Positions 42,730 through 52,843 of a stretch of 64,000 nucleotides of DNA are shown one piece after another. The stretch is from a virus. Taxonomy: Duplodnaviria; Heunggongvirae; Uroviricota; Caudoviricetes. Position 1 is the first letter of the stretch, and every line of letters starts with the position of its first letter. Location: positions 4,320-68,319 of the IMG/VR virus record IMGVR_UViG_3300010396_000001; one strand, given 5' to 3'. Below the pieces are notes generated by a model that saw nothing but the letters and a program-made list of their open reading frames with translations, was not told the DNA's origin and searched no databases. A program made the position numbers and the translations under genes.

Positions 42730-44550
42730 ATGCCCTCCCAGTCAGATATCTCCTCGCAGATCATTGCCACTCTCGGCACCTCCGAGCCGGACCTGGACAC
42801 CTCCGTCGGCTCGGTGACCCGCGCGATCATCGACGCCGTGGCCTCGGCGATCTCCGACGCCAGCCTCGACCAGCAGATGCTGGCCTACCAGTACGACGTC
42901 TACTCCATGGCCGGCTCGGACCTGGACTCCTTCGTCCAGCTGTTCGGCATGAGCCGGTACCCGGCCGGGCGGTCAGTCGGCACGGTCACCTTCACCAGGG
43001 CCGCCGCCACCGATGTCGTCACCGTCCCGGTCAACTCCCAGGTAATCTCCGCCGACGGCACCGTGACCGTGCAGACGCTGGCAGCGGTGATCCTGTCGGT
43101 AGGAGCCCTGACGGCCACCGTGCCCGCTCAGGCCGTCGTGGCGGGCCCGGCGGGCAACGTGGCGGCCGGGACGCTCACGGTGATGCAGACCGCGGTCTCG
43201 GAGATCACCAGCGTCACGAACCTGACTGCGTTCACCGGGGGCAGCAACCAGGAGACTGACTCGCAGCTGCAGGCCCGCTGGGTGGCCACGGTGTTCAAGT
43301 CGATGGCCGGGACCTCGCAGATGTTCCTCGGCATCGCGCTGAATAATCCTTTCTGCACCGCCGCCACGGTGATCGGCCCGCAGACCCGGTTCCGCGAGCA
43401 GCTGCAGATCTCCGGCGGCATTGCCACGTCCTCGGTGACGGACGCGCAGTACATCTACCCGAGCGGCGAGATTGCCGGGACTGACATTGATAACGGCAAT
43501 ACCGCTGCGCCGGGAATCCAGTACACCTGGAACTACAATGCCAACCCGCCGCAGGTCGTCGTCATCGACCAGACCTACTTTCCTAACGGGCAGCTTATCG
43601 ATCTCTCCTATATCTACCTGGACATCGCGAGCCGTAACCAGCCCGCGCAGGGAATCTTCAACCGGGTAGATGTCATCTGCGCCGGTACCAACCCGGTCTC
43701 TGCCTCGCAGACGATCTCCTTCTCCTCGGCCCTTGCTTTCTCCTCGAATGCCAGCAACAACTACTACGTAGGGTCCTTCGTCAATCCCGACGGAACCGGG
43801 CCCGCACCGGGGAACATCTTCGTGCCGCTGGCATTCGGGCCAATCCTGACCTTGCCCGCGGTTATTGTCGTCGGCACTACCACCTATGCCCAGGCGACTC
43901 CGTCCAACCCGATCGGGACGACGGCAGGCGGCATCAGCTACGCCTATCAGATCGTGCACCGCCAGGGAGCCTTCGGCTGGGGAGCCTACTCGGACTTCGG
44001 CATCGAGTGGCAGGCCTCCATGACGCCGCCTAACGGCTCGATCATCGCCATCTCCTCGGGTTACACCTATAACGACGTCCCGTCCTCGGTCCAGGCCGAC
44101 CTGGAGAACTGGCGGCTGGCGGGCCAGGACGTCTGGGCCCACCAGGCCGTCACCATGCTCCTGCAGTTCAGCCTGGCCATCGTCTACAACGCCTCGGTCT
44201 CGATCACGACCACTCAGGCCGCGATCAGCTCGGCACTGTCCGGATTCCTCACCACGCTCGGGTTCAGCGCCACGATCTACCCCAGCTCGGTCATCGCCAT
44301 CGTCGAGGCGGTGCCGGGCGTCGTGGCCTGCCGCTTCCTGGAGGGCATCGATTATCCCGGCTGGAATCCCGCTAACCCGAATGCCTCAGACGTCGGGATC
44401 CAGCAGGTCGTCAACGGGGTAGTCACCCAGTCCTTCGTGAATACCCTGGGACAGCCCACCACCATCGTCACCGCTGCCAACACCATCCCGGCATTCGGCG
44501 GCACCATCCTGGTCACCAAGGGAATTAACACGCTGGGAGCATTCGGGTAA
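42730..44550 (+). CDS. Baseplate J-like protein
   Basis: GSDLDSFVQLFGMSR, GPAGNVAAG and FTGGSNQETD motifs. Confidence 0.9.
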   Translation: MPSQSDISSQIIATLGTSEPDLDTSVGSVTRAIIDAVASAISDASLDQQMLAYQYDVYSMAGSDLDSFVQLFGMSRYPAGRSVGTVTFTRAAATDVVTVPVNSQVISADGTVTVQTLAAVILSVGALTATVPAQAVVAGPAGNVAAGTLTVMQTAVSEITSVTNLTAFTGGSNQETDSQLQARWVATVFKSMAGTSQMFLGIALNNPFCTAATVIGPQTRFREQLQISGGIATSSVTDAQYIYPSGEIAGTDIDNGNTAAPGIQYTWNYNANPPQVVVIDQTYFPNGQLIDLSYIYLDIASRNQPAQGIFNRVDVICAGTNPVSASQTISFSSALAFSSNASNNYYVGSFVNPDGTGPAPGNIFVPLAFGPILTLPAVIVVGTTTYAQATPSNPIGTTAGGISYAYQIVHRQGAFGWGAYSDFGIEWQASMTPPNGSIIAISSGYTYNDVPSSVQADLENWRLAGQDVWAHQAVTMLLQFSLAIVYNASVSITTTQAAISSALSGFLTTLGFSATIYPSSVIAIVEAVPGVVACRFLEGIDYPGWNPANPNASDVGIQQVVNGVVTQSFVNTLGQPTTIVTAANTIPAFGGTILVTKGINTLGAFG

Positions 44551-45947
44551 TGCCATCAGTCATCACTGACTCCTCGCTGTCTAACCAGTCCGGGATCGTC
44601 AATAACGGCGCCAGCCCCAGCTCGGACGTCTGGTCCTATCCCGACACCCCGGCACTGTCGATCCTGAATTTCCAGGCCGTCTCCACTCAGCCGCTGCCCG
44701 GCGGGACGACGACTGCCACCGGGATGCTGTCGCCCGACCAGATGCTGGCCGAGCGGCTGAGGAACTTTTACCCCGGCGTTTACGACTTGTCTCCGGGATC
44801 GGCTCTCGTGCATTTCCTGGAGTCCCTGCTCGGTGATTCCGGTGTCGGCCAGCTGCGCAAGCGCCAGACCGTGGCCCGCCTGCAGGAAGCCCTGACCTCG
44901 ACGAGCTTCTACGACCTGGACAGCTTCTACGGCGCCCTGTTCGGCGATATCCGCGGGCCGTCGGGATCCCTGCCGGTCAACCCGGCCACCGGGGTCACCG
45001 TCAGCCCCTATACCGACCTGGGCACCTCTGACGGCTGGGATGACGTCGAGGCGATCCACGCGAAGTTCCGCGAGCGGATCATCAACCTGGCCAGGGCCAT
45101 CACCCTCGGCGCCACTGTGCCCGGCCTGCAGGCGCTCGGGGAGGCGGTCGCGGGGTACAAGTGCCACGTCTACGAGACCTGGCGCGTCATCGACAACGAG
45201 GGCCCGCAGGCCGGCCAGGTCTCGGTTCTGAGCTGGTCGCAGATCATGGCCCAGTACGCCACCTGGAACGCCTTCCCGGCCAGTCTGACCTGGAACTCGC
45301 TGCAGGGCTTCACCACCACCGGCACGCCCGCCTTCGGCGGCCTCGGCATCAACGCGCGCAGCGAGGTCATCGTCATCCCGCGCAAGATGTACGCCACGAC
45401 CGCGGCCGGGCAGACCGAGATGTCCTCTGACCTGTACGGCATCGAGCGCGTGTGCGAGGTGCTCAAGCCCGCCAACACGCTGCTGTCAGTCTCCACCGAG
45501 AGCCAGCTCATCCAGACGCCCGTCCCCATCGCGGCCCTGTGGGCCGACAGCGAGTTCTGGGAGATCACCTACGACGTCAGCCCGCCGGATCTCACCGACC
45601 CGGCCTATGCTGCCGCCCTGGCCGGCTACCAGCGCGGCGGCCAGCCGGTTACCTCGCCGCTGACAGTGCCCTCGCCGCCCATGTGCCAGGGCCAGGGCAC
45701 CCAGATCAGCTACGCGGCGGACGTGACCGTCAGCTGGGCCCAGGCCTCCCGGCCCGGCCAGCCGGCCATCCCCGCGGACGTGACGAACTTCGAGACCGAG
45801 ATGATCGGGGGCCAGCAGGTGACCTACACCGCGCCCAAGGCGGTCATTGATCCAGTCCGAGCGGCGAGCGCCCGTACGGCATCAGCTGTCGGACTTCAGG
45901 CTGCGCCGTACTCGGGCCCGCGGGTTCCCGCGGTCCTGGCGGGGTAG
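44550..45947 (+). CDS. Baseplate wedge protein (gpI/P2-like position)
   Basis: TAATG coupling to J; FYDLDSFYG and FRERI motifs. Confidence 0.65.
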   Translation: MPSVITDSSLSNQSGIVNNGASPSSDVWSYPDTPALSILNFQAVSTQPLPGGTTTATGMLSPDQMLAERLRNFYPGVYDLSPGSALVHFLESLLGDSGVGQLRKRQTVARLQEALTSTSFYDLDSFYGALFGDIRGPSGSLPVNPATGVTVSPYTDLGTSDGWDDVEAIHAKFRERIINLARAITLGATVPGLQALGEAVAGYKCHVYETWRVIDNEGPQAGQVSVLSWSQIMAQYATWNAFPASLTWNSLQGFTTTGTPAFGGLGINARSEVIVIPRKMYATTAAGQTEMSSDLYGIERVCEVLKPANTLLSVSTESQLIQTPVPIAALWADSEFWEITYDVSPPDLTDPAYAAALAGYQRGGQPVTSPLTVPSPPMCQGQGTQISYAADVTVSWAQASRPGQPAIPADVTNFETEMIGGQQVTYTAPKAVIDPVRAASARTASAVGLQAAPYSGPRVPAVLAG

Positions 45948-46215
45948 GCGGCCAGATCCGGTGCGTGAGCGGCCCGTCGGTCCGGAATCCGATGTCACGG
46001 GCGGCCAGCCCGGGCAGCTCGCGAACATGAGGCGGGGTGATCATGAAATCTATGTCAAACCCCCGGAACGAGGGCTCTGCCTGGAGCATCCGGACAGACT
46101 GCGGGTAGCGCCAGGTCAGTTCCTCCCGGCCGCCGTCCTCGAACTCGGCGACCAGGCGGACAGTCACCGGGCGCTCGCATCCGAGCACCGGGCCGAACAG
46201 CCTGGATTCTGTCAT
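45844..46215 (-). CDS. Hypothetical protein (antisense moron)
   Basis: TGATG coupling to 46215..46427; 3' end overlaps the baseplate gene antisense. Confidence 0.45.
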   Translation of the reverse strand: MTESRLFGPVLGCERPVTVRLVAEFEDGGREELTWRYPQSVRMLQAEPSFRGFDIDFMITPPHVRELPGLAARDIGFRTDGPLTHRIWPPTPPGPREPAGPSTAQPEVRQLMPYGRSPLGLDQ

Positions 46216-46427
46216 CAGGCCTGCTCCCCGCTCATCATGTCCTGGTAGATCGGCCACTCCAGCACCACCAGGTAGTCAGAGTAGTCCTGGCGGACGGCCA
46301 GGAGCGCATCCAGCGGGATGCCTGCCTGCTGCATTTCCGCCAGGACCTGAGGGATCGTCCTGCCATCGACCGTGTGCTGCTCCATGTGGTGCATGATGCG
46401 GGGCGCGGGCACCTTGCGGGACGGCAT
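46215..46427 (-). CDS. Hypothetical protein (leaderless)
   Basis: TAGGCT 6 nt before ATG. Confidence 0.6.
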   Translation of the reverse strand: MPSRKVPAPRIMHHMEQHTVDGRTIPQVLAEMQQAGIPLDALLAVRQDYSDYLVVLEWPIYQDMMSGEQA

Positions 46428-46468
46428 GGCCGCAGCCTAGCCGAGGGCTTACTCTGCCCGGAAGCCTT

Positions 46469-49400
46469 GTGACCACTCTGCCGGAGGAGATCAGCGTTCC
46501 CGTCGTGCAGCTGCCCGGCAGCACCACGATCCCCTCGATCGCGCCGGCCTACGTGGACGGCATCCCGGTGGAGCTGGCCGCGCCGCCTTCCTCCCCGGCG
46601 AACCGGACGGCCCGCGAGAACCGCTTCTGGTCCTCCCAGCCGCGCCCGGCCACGAGCACGCTGCAGGAGAATTACTTCATCTCCATCTCCAAGCCGAAGA
46701 CCATCAATTACCTGAGTTTCGACCTGGCACATTTCCCGCAGCAGGTCACCATTTCCTGGATGGACACAGACGGCAGCTGGCAGCCTGTGACATGGCAGAA
46801 CGGAAACCCGCTGACCGTTGTTGTCAGCGGCAGCGTCCCCGCCGTTGTCAATAACGCCGCAGCACTCGCCGCCGGCATGAACCCTTACCATTACGGCGCT
46901 GGTCACTGGATGCATTTTGACGAGGCTATCCAGGCATTTACGACCACCCAGCTGCTCTTCACTTTCACGCGCAATGCCGGGGTGCTGCCCTCCACGGCCC
47001 TGCCGGTGGATGCCAGCGGCGTCGCCTGCCCTTACCCCGTCGGCCTGCGCGACCTGGACTTCGGCTACCGGATCCTGCAGCGCTCTGACGTGCCGGCCAC
47101 CGGCCGCTCGGCCACCGTGGTCACCGAGCGCCAGCCATTCGACGTCACCTCCGACGTGCACGGCAGTCCCATGATCGTCGCGATCCGCGAGAACCGGGTC
47201 TCGGACCTGCTCAACGGGCTGCCCTGGAAGAGCGAGCCCCAGCTGCGCGCCGACGCCGTGGTAAATCTTTACGCCGACTCCCGCAGCCCCTCCGGCCAGC
47301 CTCAGGTTATCGACGGCTTCTACATCGATCCGGTCACCAGCGGCGTCCGGCTGAATCTCTACTACTCTCCCTCGGGACCGCCGCCGGGGATCACGTTCCC
47401 GGGGCCGGATACGCCCCTGGTGTTCCCGTCACTGAACGCCGGGGGCCCGTCACTGCCCCAGCCCGGATCACAGGGACTGCTCTTCCCGAGCGCAGGCGGC
47501 TGGGTCACCGTGTCGGCGCAGGCCGCGGGGCTGAGCAGCGGCACCCCCTGGTGGGCGGCCATCGCCATCCAGCCGCAGTTCGCATCGACCGACCCGGGCA
47601 GCTACCTCATCGCGGACACCGGCCTGTTCCAGCTGTACTTCTCCGGCGGCTCCTTCACCCTGCAGGCAGGCTCGGGCGCCGTGATCGCCCAGTGGTCCCC
47701 GGCCTTCTCCGCCAGCACGCTGCTGGTGTTCGCCGTCGCCTTCGACGGCATCAGCATCAGCGGCTGGATGCAGGGCCAGAGCCTGGCGTCCCTGCCTGCC
47801 GCATCCCTGCCGGCAGTGTCCGCGATCAGCCTCGGCGCCCCGCTGCCGGCCACGCCGGGAATGCCGTCCTCGGGCAACTTCCTGCTGACTGCGATGATCG
47901 TCAAGCAGGAGCAGCTGCCGCTCGGGGAGCTGCCGGAGATCCTGGCCGAGTTCGCCGCCGACCCGCAGGCATTCACCGCTCCGGCGGCTGCCGGCGGCAC
48001 CATCGAGAATGCCGCCATGGTCTTCAGCCCGGCCCTTATCCTGGGCCAGGTTAATCCCTGGGGATTCTCGGGAGGGATTACCTCCTCCTACGAATCCTGC
48101 AGCTGGATCCCGGTCTCCAGGAACTACAAGCTCTCGCGCGGCTTCCTGGAATTCGATCCCGTCCTGGCAGCAGTATTCAAGTTTGAGTTCACGTCCCTGC
48201 GACCGGAGCCTTTCGACTATATCCAGCCGCTTCCGAAAAAGGTGAAGACGCTTCCCGGGGGACTCAACCCCGGCGGCCCGAACAAGCCTGCCGTCGTGGA
48301 CACCGGGCTCCAGGTCACCTCGAACCTGGCCCCCTCCATCAATTACGCCGACACCCCGCCGATTCCTCTCCCGCCTGCCTCGAATGCCGCGCTCCCGCGT
48401 GAGGCGCTGCATGCCACGGACCCGGCCGGAGCCGATGCGCTGGCCCAGCTCGGCACGCTGTACAGCTTCCAGCCCTGGCAGCCTGCTGCTACCGTGCCGA
48501 TGCAGGCGGCAGCCGGAACCCATGCCTACGGCGAGGCCATACTCCCCGCGCGCCAGCGCATCGGCTACTTCGTCTCCCTGTCGAAGCTGACCATGTACCG
48601 CAGCAGCTTTGCCTCCCAGGACGACACCGAGCAGTACGTCGAGACCTTCGGCGACCAGGCCAACCTGTCCCCCCTCCCGGCGCCGTCCCCCGCCGTGCCG
48701 TGGAACTGGGCTCCGGGGTTCCTCACCACTCCCGCGGGCCTGGGCACCTACGCCCAGGTGCAGAGCCAGGTGTTCCCCTCTGACCACAAGGTGACCGGGG
48801 TCCAGTTCGCCACCACTCAGTCGGATCCGGTCCAGCTGCTGCCCGACCCCGCCTTCGCGATGCCCGGCGTCCCGTCCTGGGGCCCGGCCGGGGATGCCGA
48901 TCCGGTTACGATCGCCACCGGGATCAATACCGCGCTCGGCGGCATGGCCCGGGTCACCCGCAATCCCGCCGCCTACACCTGGGCTGAGCTGAGCACCCTG
49001 TACGTCTCCTGGGCGCAGCTGGCCGCGGGCATCGGCGCCTGGGCTGCCTTCGGGAACGCAGCGCCCGGCAGCACCCTCGGCGGCCTGGTTTGCACCCAGC
49101 CGCAGGCTGTCACCGGCGCCGGGCGCGTCTATGCCGCCGTCCGGGTGTTCGCCACGCAGGGCCTGACCCAGCCGCTGGCCCTGCAGCTGCTCGACGGCGC
49201 CACCGGTACCGTGCTGTCCGAGACAGACAACCCGGTCGCCGGCGGCGTGGTCACGGAGTGGTTCACCGGCTACACCCTCGGATCGGCGAGCACCACCAGC
49301 GCGCTGAGCTGGGTCCAGGTCCAGAACGAGGTCATCACCTGGAACGGCACCGCAGGCGACACCTGGAGCCAGCTGGACCTGTCCGTCCAGCCGCTCGGCC

Positions 49401-50983
49401 AGACGATCACCGCCCAGGTTATCCAGCGCGGTGTCACGCAGGACACCTGGTACGTCGATAACCTGTCGGTCTTCGAGGACTCGGTCACCTGGAGCTTCAG
49501 CAACGACGGGGGCGCCAGCTGGTACGCGGCCTACGACATCCGCAACAACCCCTCCGGCGTGATGAAGTTCCCGCCGCCTCAGCAGGGCACCGGCAACCAG
49601 CTGAGGTGGCAGCTGCAGGGCTGGCGCCCCGGCCTGACCGTCTCCTCGCTGGTCCTGCGGCCCTGGTACTCCCTGCATCCCAAGGGGATCGCCGCCCGGA
49701 CCGCGGGCATCGGGTACGGGCCGAACCTCACCCCGCTCGATCACTACGCCCCGGTGGCCCGGGACCCGCGCTGGCAGATGTGGGACCAGCCCATCCCGCA
49801 GTCCTGGTACTTCGCCTACCAGCAGCTGCTGCTCCAGGAGGGCGCCTACGTGCCGGTGCCCGAGTTCCCCGGCATCGTCAACCCGCCGGTGCTCGGGAAC
49901 GCCCTGGCCGTCACCGCGGCCTCGCAGGTGCCCCCTGCGCCGCTGCCCGAGCCCGCCTGGGATGACGTTTTCACCGATGTCTTCACCGACACGTACGGGA
50001 TCGCCCCGGCCGGGGACGTCTACGACGACAACTACGACGACGTGTACGCCTCGGATTACATCATCACCACGGGCACCGTCTGGCAGGCTGGTGCCGCCCT
50101 GTCGCAGGGCTCGGTCATGTCGGTCACCGCAGCCGATGTCCCCCTGGTGCGCCCCCTGGCCGGCGCCGCGCTCGGGCTCGTGCCCGGAACGGGAACGGCC
50201 GTTACCAGCTTCCTCGCGGTCACCGGGGAGCCCCTGGGGCTGCGCCGCGTCTACCTCGGCAACCAGATCCCCGCCACCCTGGCCGGGAGCCTGGTCTCCT
50301 ACGACGCCGGGGTCCGCAAGGTGTTCATCGACTTCCAGCCGGACGCCACGACCACCCCGCTGCAGCTGTCGGCCTTCCTGGCTTCCTGCCAGGCCGGGGG
50401 CCTGCAGGCGGAGATCAGCCTGTGGGCCAACCCGGACACCGCATTCACGAGCCCGCAGGATTACCTCACCATCGTGAGCAGTTACCTGCCCGCGATCCGC
50501 CAGAACGGGTATGACCACATCTTCGTCATATCTAATGCCTCGGCTGTTCACCGGAACGGATTCGGGAAATGGTATCCCGGAGATTCGAGTGTGGACGGTA
50601 TTTCCGTCGGATTCTACTGCCAGGGCGCTTCTCCCGGAGATATCGTCAACCCCGGCGGCCCGGTTATCGGATCGCCGTTCATCCCGGTCGCGCCCGCCGG
50701 TCCCTATGCCGACACCCTGGTGACGGCAGCCCAGTTTGCCGACCTGCACGGGCAGCCTCTCGGCCTGGCTGAGTTCGGGGCCGACTGGTCCCTGTTCACC
50801 AATGCGCAGGGCGCCGAGTTCCTGAGCTACGTGCTGAGCTTCCTGAAGGCCCGGATCGGCGCCGGGAAGCCCGTCGGGGACTGCTCTTACCTGTCGGCCT
50901 CGACCTACACGCTGCAGAACGCCCCGGCCGCCTGGGTGTCGCTGTACAAGCAGATCGCCGCGCTGCTGGCCAGCGCGCCCTGA
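46469..50983 (+). CDS. Large baseplate or tail protein with a C-terminal GH26-like TIM barrel
   Basis: 1504 aa; discoidin-like N-terminus, LamG-like middle, C-terminal WYPGD..VD...Y and LAEFG motifs. Confidence 0.75.
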   Translation: MTTLPEEISVPVVQLPGSTTIPSIAPAYVDGIPVELAAPPSSPANRTARENRFWSSQPRPATSTLQENYFISISKPKTINYLSFDLAHFPQQVTISWMDTDGSWQPVTWQNGNPLTVVVSGSVPAVVNNAAALAAGMNPYHYGAGHWMHFDEAIQAFTTTQLLFTFTRNAGVLPSTALPVDASGVACPYPVGLRDLDFGYRILQRSDVPATGRSATVVTERQPFDVTSDVHGSPMIVAIRENRVSDLLNGLPWKSEPQLRADAVVNLYADSRSPSGQPQVIDGFYIDPVTSGVRLNLYYSPSGPPPGITFPGPDTPLVFPSLNAGGPSLPQPGSQGLLFPSAGGWVTVSAQAAGLSSGTPWWAAIAIQPQFASTDPGSYLIADTGLFQLYFSGGSFTLQAGSGAVIAQWSPAFSASTLLVFAVAFDGISISGWMQGQSLASLPAASLPAVSAISLGAPLPATPGMPSSGNFLLTAMIVKQEQLPLGELPEILAEFAADPQAFTAPAAAGGTIENAAMVFSPALILGQVNPWGFSGGITSSYESCSWIPVSRNYKLSRGFLEFDPVLAAVFKFEFTSLRPEPFDYIQPLPKKVKTLPGGLNPGGPNKPAVVDTGLQVTSNLAPSINYADTPPIPLPPASNAALPREALHATDPAGADALAQLGTLYSFQPWQPAATVPMQAAAGTHAYGEAILPARQRIGYFVSLSKLTMYRSSFASQDDTEQYVETFGDQANLSPLPAPSPAVPWNWAPGFLTTPAGLGTYAQVQSQVFPSDHKVTGVQFATTQSDPVQLLPDPAFAMPGVPSWGPAGDADPVTIATGINTALGGMARVTRNPAAYTWAELSTLYVSWAQLAAGIGAWAAFGNAAPGSTLGGLVCTQPQAVTGAGRVYAAVRVFATQGLTQPLALQLLDGATGTVLSETDNPVAGGVVTEWFTGYTLGSASTTSALSWVQVQNEVITWNGTAGDTWSQLDLSVQPLGQTITAQVIQRGVTQDTWYVDNLSVFEDSVTWSFSNDGGASWYAAYDIRNNPSGVMKFPPPQQGTGNQLRWQLQGWRPGLTVSSLVLRPWYSLHPKGIAARTAGIGYGPNLTPLDHYAPVARDPRWQMWDQPIPQSWYFAYQQLLLQEGAYVPVPEFPGIVNPPVLGNALAVTAASQVPPAPLPEPAWDDVFTDVFTDTYGIAPAGDVYDDNYDDVYASDYIITTGTVWQAGAALSQGSVMSVTAADVPLVRPLAGAALGLVPGTGTAVTSFLAVTGEPLGLRRVYLGNQIPATLAGSLVSYDAGVRKVFIDFQPDATTTPLQLSAFLASCQAGGLQAEISLWANPDTAFTSPQDYLTIVSSYLPAIRQNGYDHIFVISNASAVHRNGFGKWYPGDSSVDGISVGFYCQGASPGDIVNPGGPVIGSPFIPVAPAGPYADTLVTAAQFADLHGQPLGLAEFGADWSLFTNAQGAEFLSYVLSFLKARIGAGKPVGDCSYLSASTYTLQNAPAAWVSLYKQIAALLASAP

Positions 50984-51034
50984 CGGAGGTGACCTGAGAT
51001 CCGAGCCCACTATCGCGCTCCCGTCCAGGACAGC

Positions 51035-52012
51035 ATGGGCGACCTGCTGGCCGGCACGGTGGTCAGCGTGTACGTCAACGGCACCACCACCCCGCCATCG
51101 GGGGGCGGCACTCTGCTGAGCAGCCCCATCTACCCGGACGGCTCTTCCTCGGCGCTGCTTACCAACCCGTTCACGACGCCCGACGGCAACGTCAGCTTCT
51201 ATCTCGATGCCTCGCAGCGCGTGGATCTCGGGATCCAGCCGCCCGGCGGCCAGCTCGTGATCTACCCGGACATCGACGTCGAGATCCCCTCGGCCAGCTC
51301 GGCCGTGCTGACCTTCCCCGGCAGCGGGCCGTCCTCCACTCAGGTCGGCAATGCTGCCTCTGCCAGCCAGGCCCAGGCCGTCGCGCTCGGCGATACAGCG
51401 CTGGCCAGCGGGCCCCAGGCCACCGCAGCGGGCCAGGGAGCCCAGGCCACGGCCACCGCGGCCACCGCTCTCGGCCAGGGAGCCATCGCGGCGGCCACGG
51501 ACGCTACGGCGGTCGGCCAGGGATCCTCGGTGCCGGGCAGCGGCGGCACGGCCGTGGGCCAGGGCGCCGGGGTGACAGGGCCGAATTCCACCGCCATCGG
51601 CGAGGGCGCCTCAGCCGCCGGGACGCACTCCACGGCGCTCGGAGCGGGCGCCAGCGCCTCCGTGAGCAACCAGGTGGTGCTCGGCACCGCAGCTGACGAC
51701 GTGGCGCTCCCTGGCGGTCTCTCGGCCAGCCAGGGCGGGGCACAGGCCCTGTCGAACGGATCGACGATCACCTTCGCCGGCAGCCTGTCGGTACCGGTGA
51801 CCGCGTCCGGCAACGTCACCGGGCTCATCCTCGCCGCGAATGCTGCCGGCGGCCAGCTGCTGATCGTCAATAACGAGTCCGCCTTCACCCTGACCTTCGC
51901 GGCAGCGGGCACTTCCAACGTCGCGGACGGGGCCTCCGACGTGATCGCTGCCCTCACCGCCCGGATCTTCGTCTGGGATGGCAACACGCTGCTGTGGTAC
52001 CGGGTCGCCTAG
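51035..52012 (+). CDS. Tail fibre with YadA head-like repeats
   Basis: Approximately 14-aa A.A.G..S.A(L/I)G repeats; the true start may be upstream at 50999. Confidence 0.75.
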   Translation: MGDLLAGTVVSVYVNGTTTPPSGGGTLLSSPIYPDGSSSALLTNPFTTPDGNVSFYLDASQRVDLGIQPPGGQLVIYPDIDVEIPSASSAVLTFPGSGPSSTQVGNAASASQAQAVALGDTALASGPQATAAGQGAQATATAATALGQGAIAAATDATAVGQGSSVPGSGGTAVGQGAGVTGPNSTAIGEGASAAGTHSTALGAGASASVSNQVVLGTAADDVALPGGLSASQGGAQALSNGSTITFAGSLSVPVTASGNVTGLILAANAAGGQLLIVNNESAFTLTFAAAGTSNVADGASDVIAALTARIFVWDGNTLLWYRVA

Positions 52013-52022
52013 GAGGAATGAC

Positions 52023-52469
52023 ATGAGCGAGAAGCCCCGGTTCGGATTCACCAAGGACCATCACCCGGTGTACTTCAGGGCCTTCAATCACCTGGCCGCC
52101 GGGTCAGCCGTCACGCGGTTCAACAAGTGGCTGGCGGTGAAGATAACTCAGGCCGTCGGCACCATGTGGTGCGCGTATGCCTTTGCCGCCCTGGCCCTGT
52201 ACGGGCTGCCGTCGGCGCTGCGGCCCGGCGGCGAGGGCCTCATATCCTGGATTGCGCAGACGTTTATCCAGCTCGTGCTCCTCTCGATCATCATCGTGGG
52301 CCAGAACATCAGCCAGCTCGCCAGTGACGTCCGGGCCGCGAAGACCTTCGAGGACACCGAGCTGATCGTGGACCGCCTGGATACCCGTACGCAGGACGGG
52401 ATCACCGAGGTCCTGGAGGCGGTGCAGAAAGTCCAGGAAATGCTTGCCCCGAAATCTCCGGGCAGCTAG
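52023..52469 (+). CDS. DUF1003-like membrane protein
   Basis: ITQAVGTMWCAY...QTFIQLVLLSIIIVGQN. Confidence 0.7.
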   Translation: MSEKPRFGFTKDHHPVYFRAFNHLAAGSAVTRFNKWLAVKITQAVGTMWCAYAFAALALYGLPSALRPGGEGLISWIAQTFIQLVLLSIIIVGQNISQLASDVRAAKTFEDTELIVDRLDTRTQDGITEVLEAVQKVQEMLAPKSPGS

Positions 52470-52843
52470 TTCCTGGCCGAGGAGAATCTGTCCCAGTCCG
52501 ACTCCCTCATGCTTTCCCGGATGGAATGCACCAGAGCCGCGGGGACATCTGACGTATACGCTCCGGCAGCTGATCCCCGGCGGGGTCTCGGGATATTAGT
52601 GTTGTAATTATTCCCATCCCAGATGGCGGCTTTTATCTGGTTGCACAGCCAGTGCGCGAGCTGAAGGTTACTGAATGCATTCGTGCCGCCAGCGGCTTTC
52701 GGCTTCTTATGGTCTACTGTCACCCCGCGGCGGGAACCCGGCGGGATCGTGAAAACAATAAGCTCCCCGCAGAGCTGGCAGTTATCGCCGTCTCGTGCGC
52801 GGAGCTTACTGATCCTGCCCGCTGAGGCAGAGTTCTTACCCAA
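52466..52843 (-). CDS. HNH endonuclease
   Basis: RDGDNCQLCG...VDH..P...GGTN...NLQLAH..CN; low GC. Confidence 0.88.
   Translation of the reverse strand: MGKNSASAGRISKLRARDGDNCQLCGELIVFTIPPGSRRGVTVDHKKPKAAGGTNAFSNLQLAHWLCNQIKAAIWDGNNYNTNIPRPRRGSAAGAYTSDVPAALVHSIRESMRESDWDRFSSARN

Noticed and set aside
47468-51010. Long antisense ORFs (also 2740..4761, 25137..26786, 34798..35598 part, 52683..55517 and others)
   Set aside because: These are shadows of real genes caused by stop-codon scarcity in high-GC DNA; the products are low-complexity and lack motifs.
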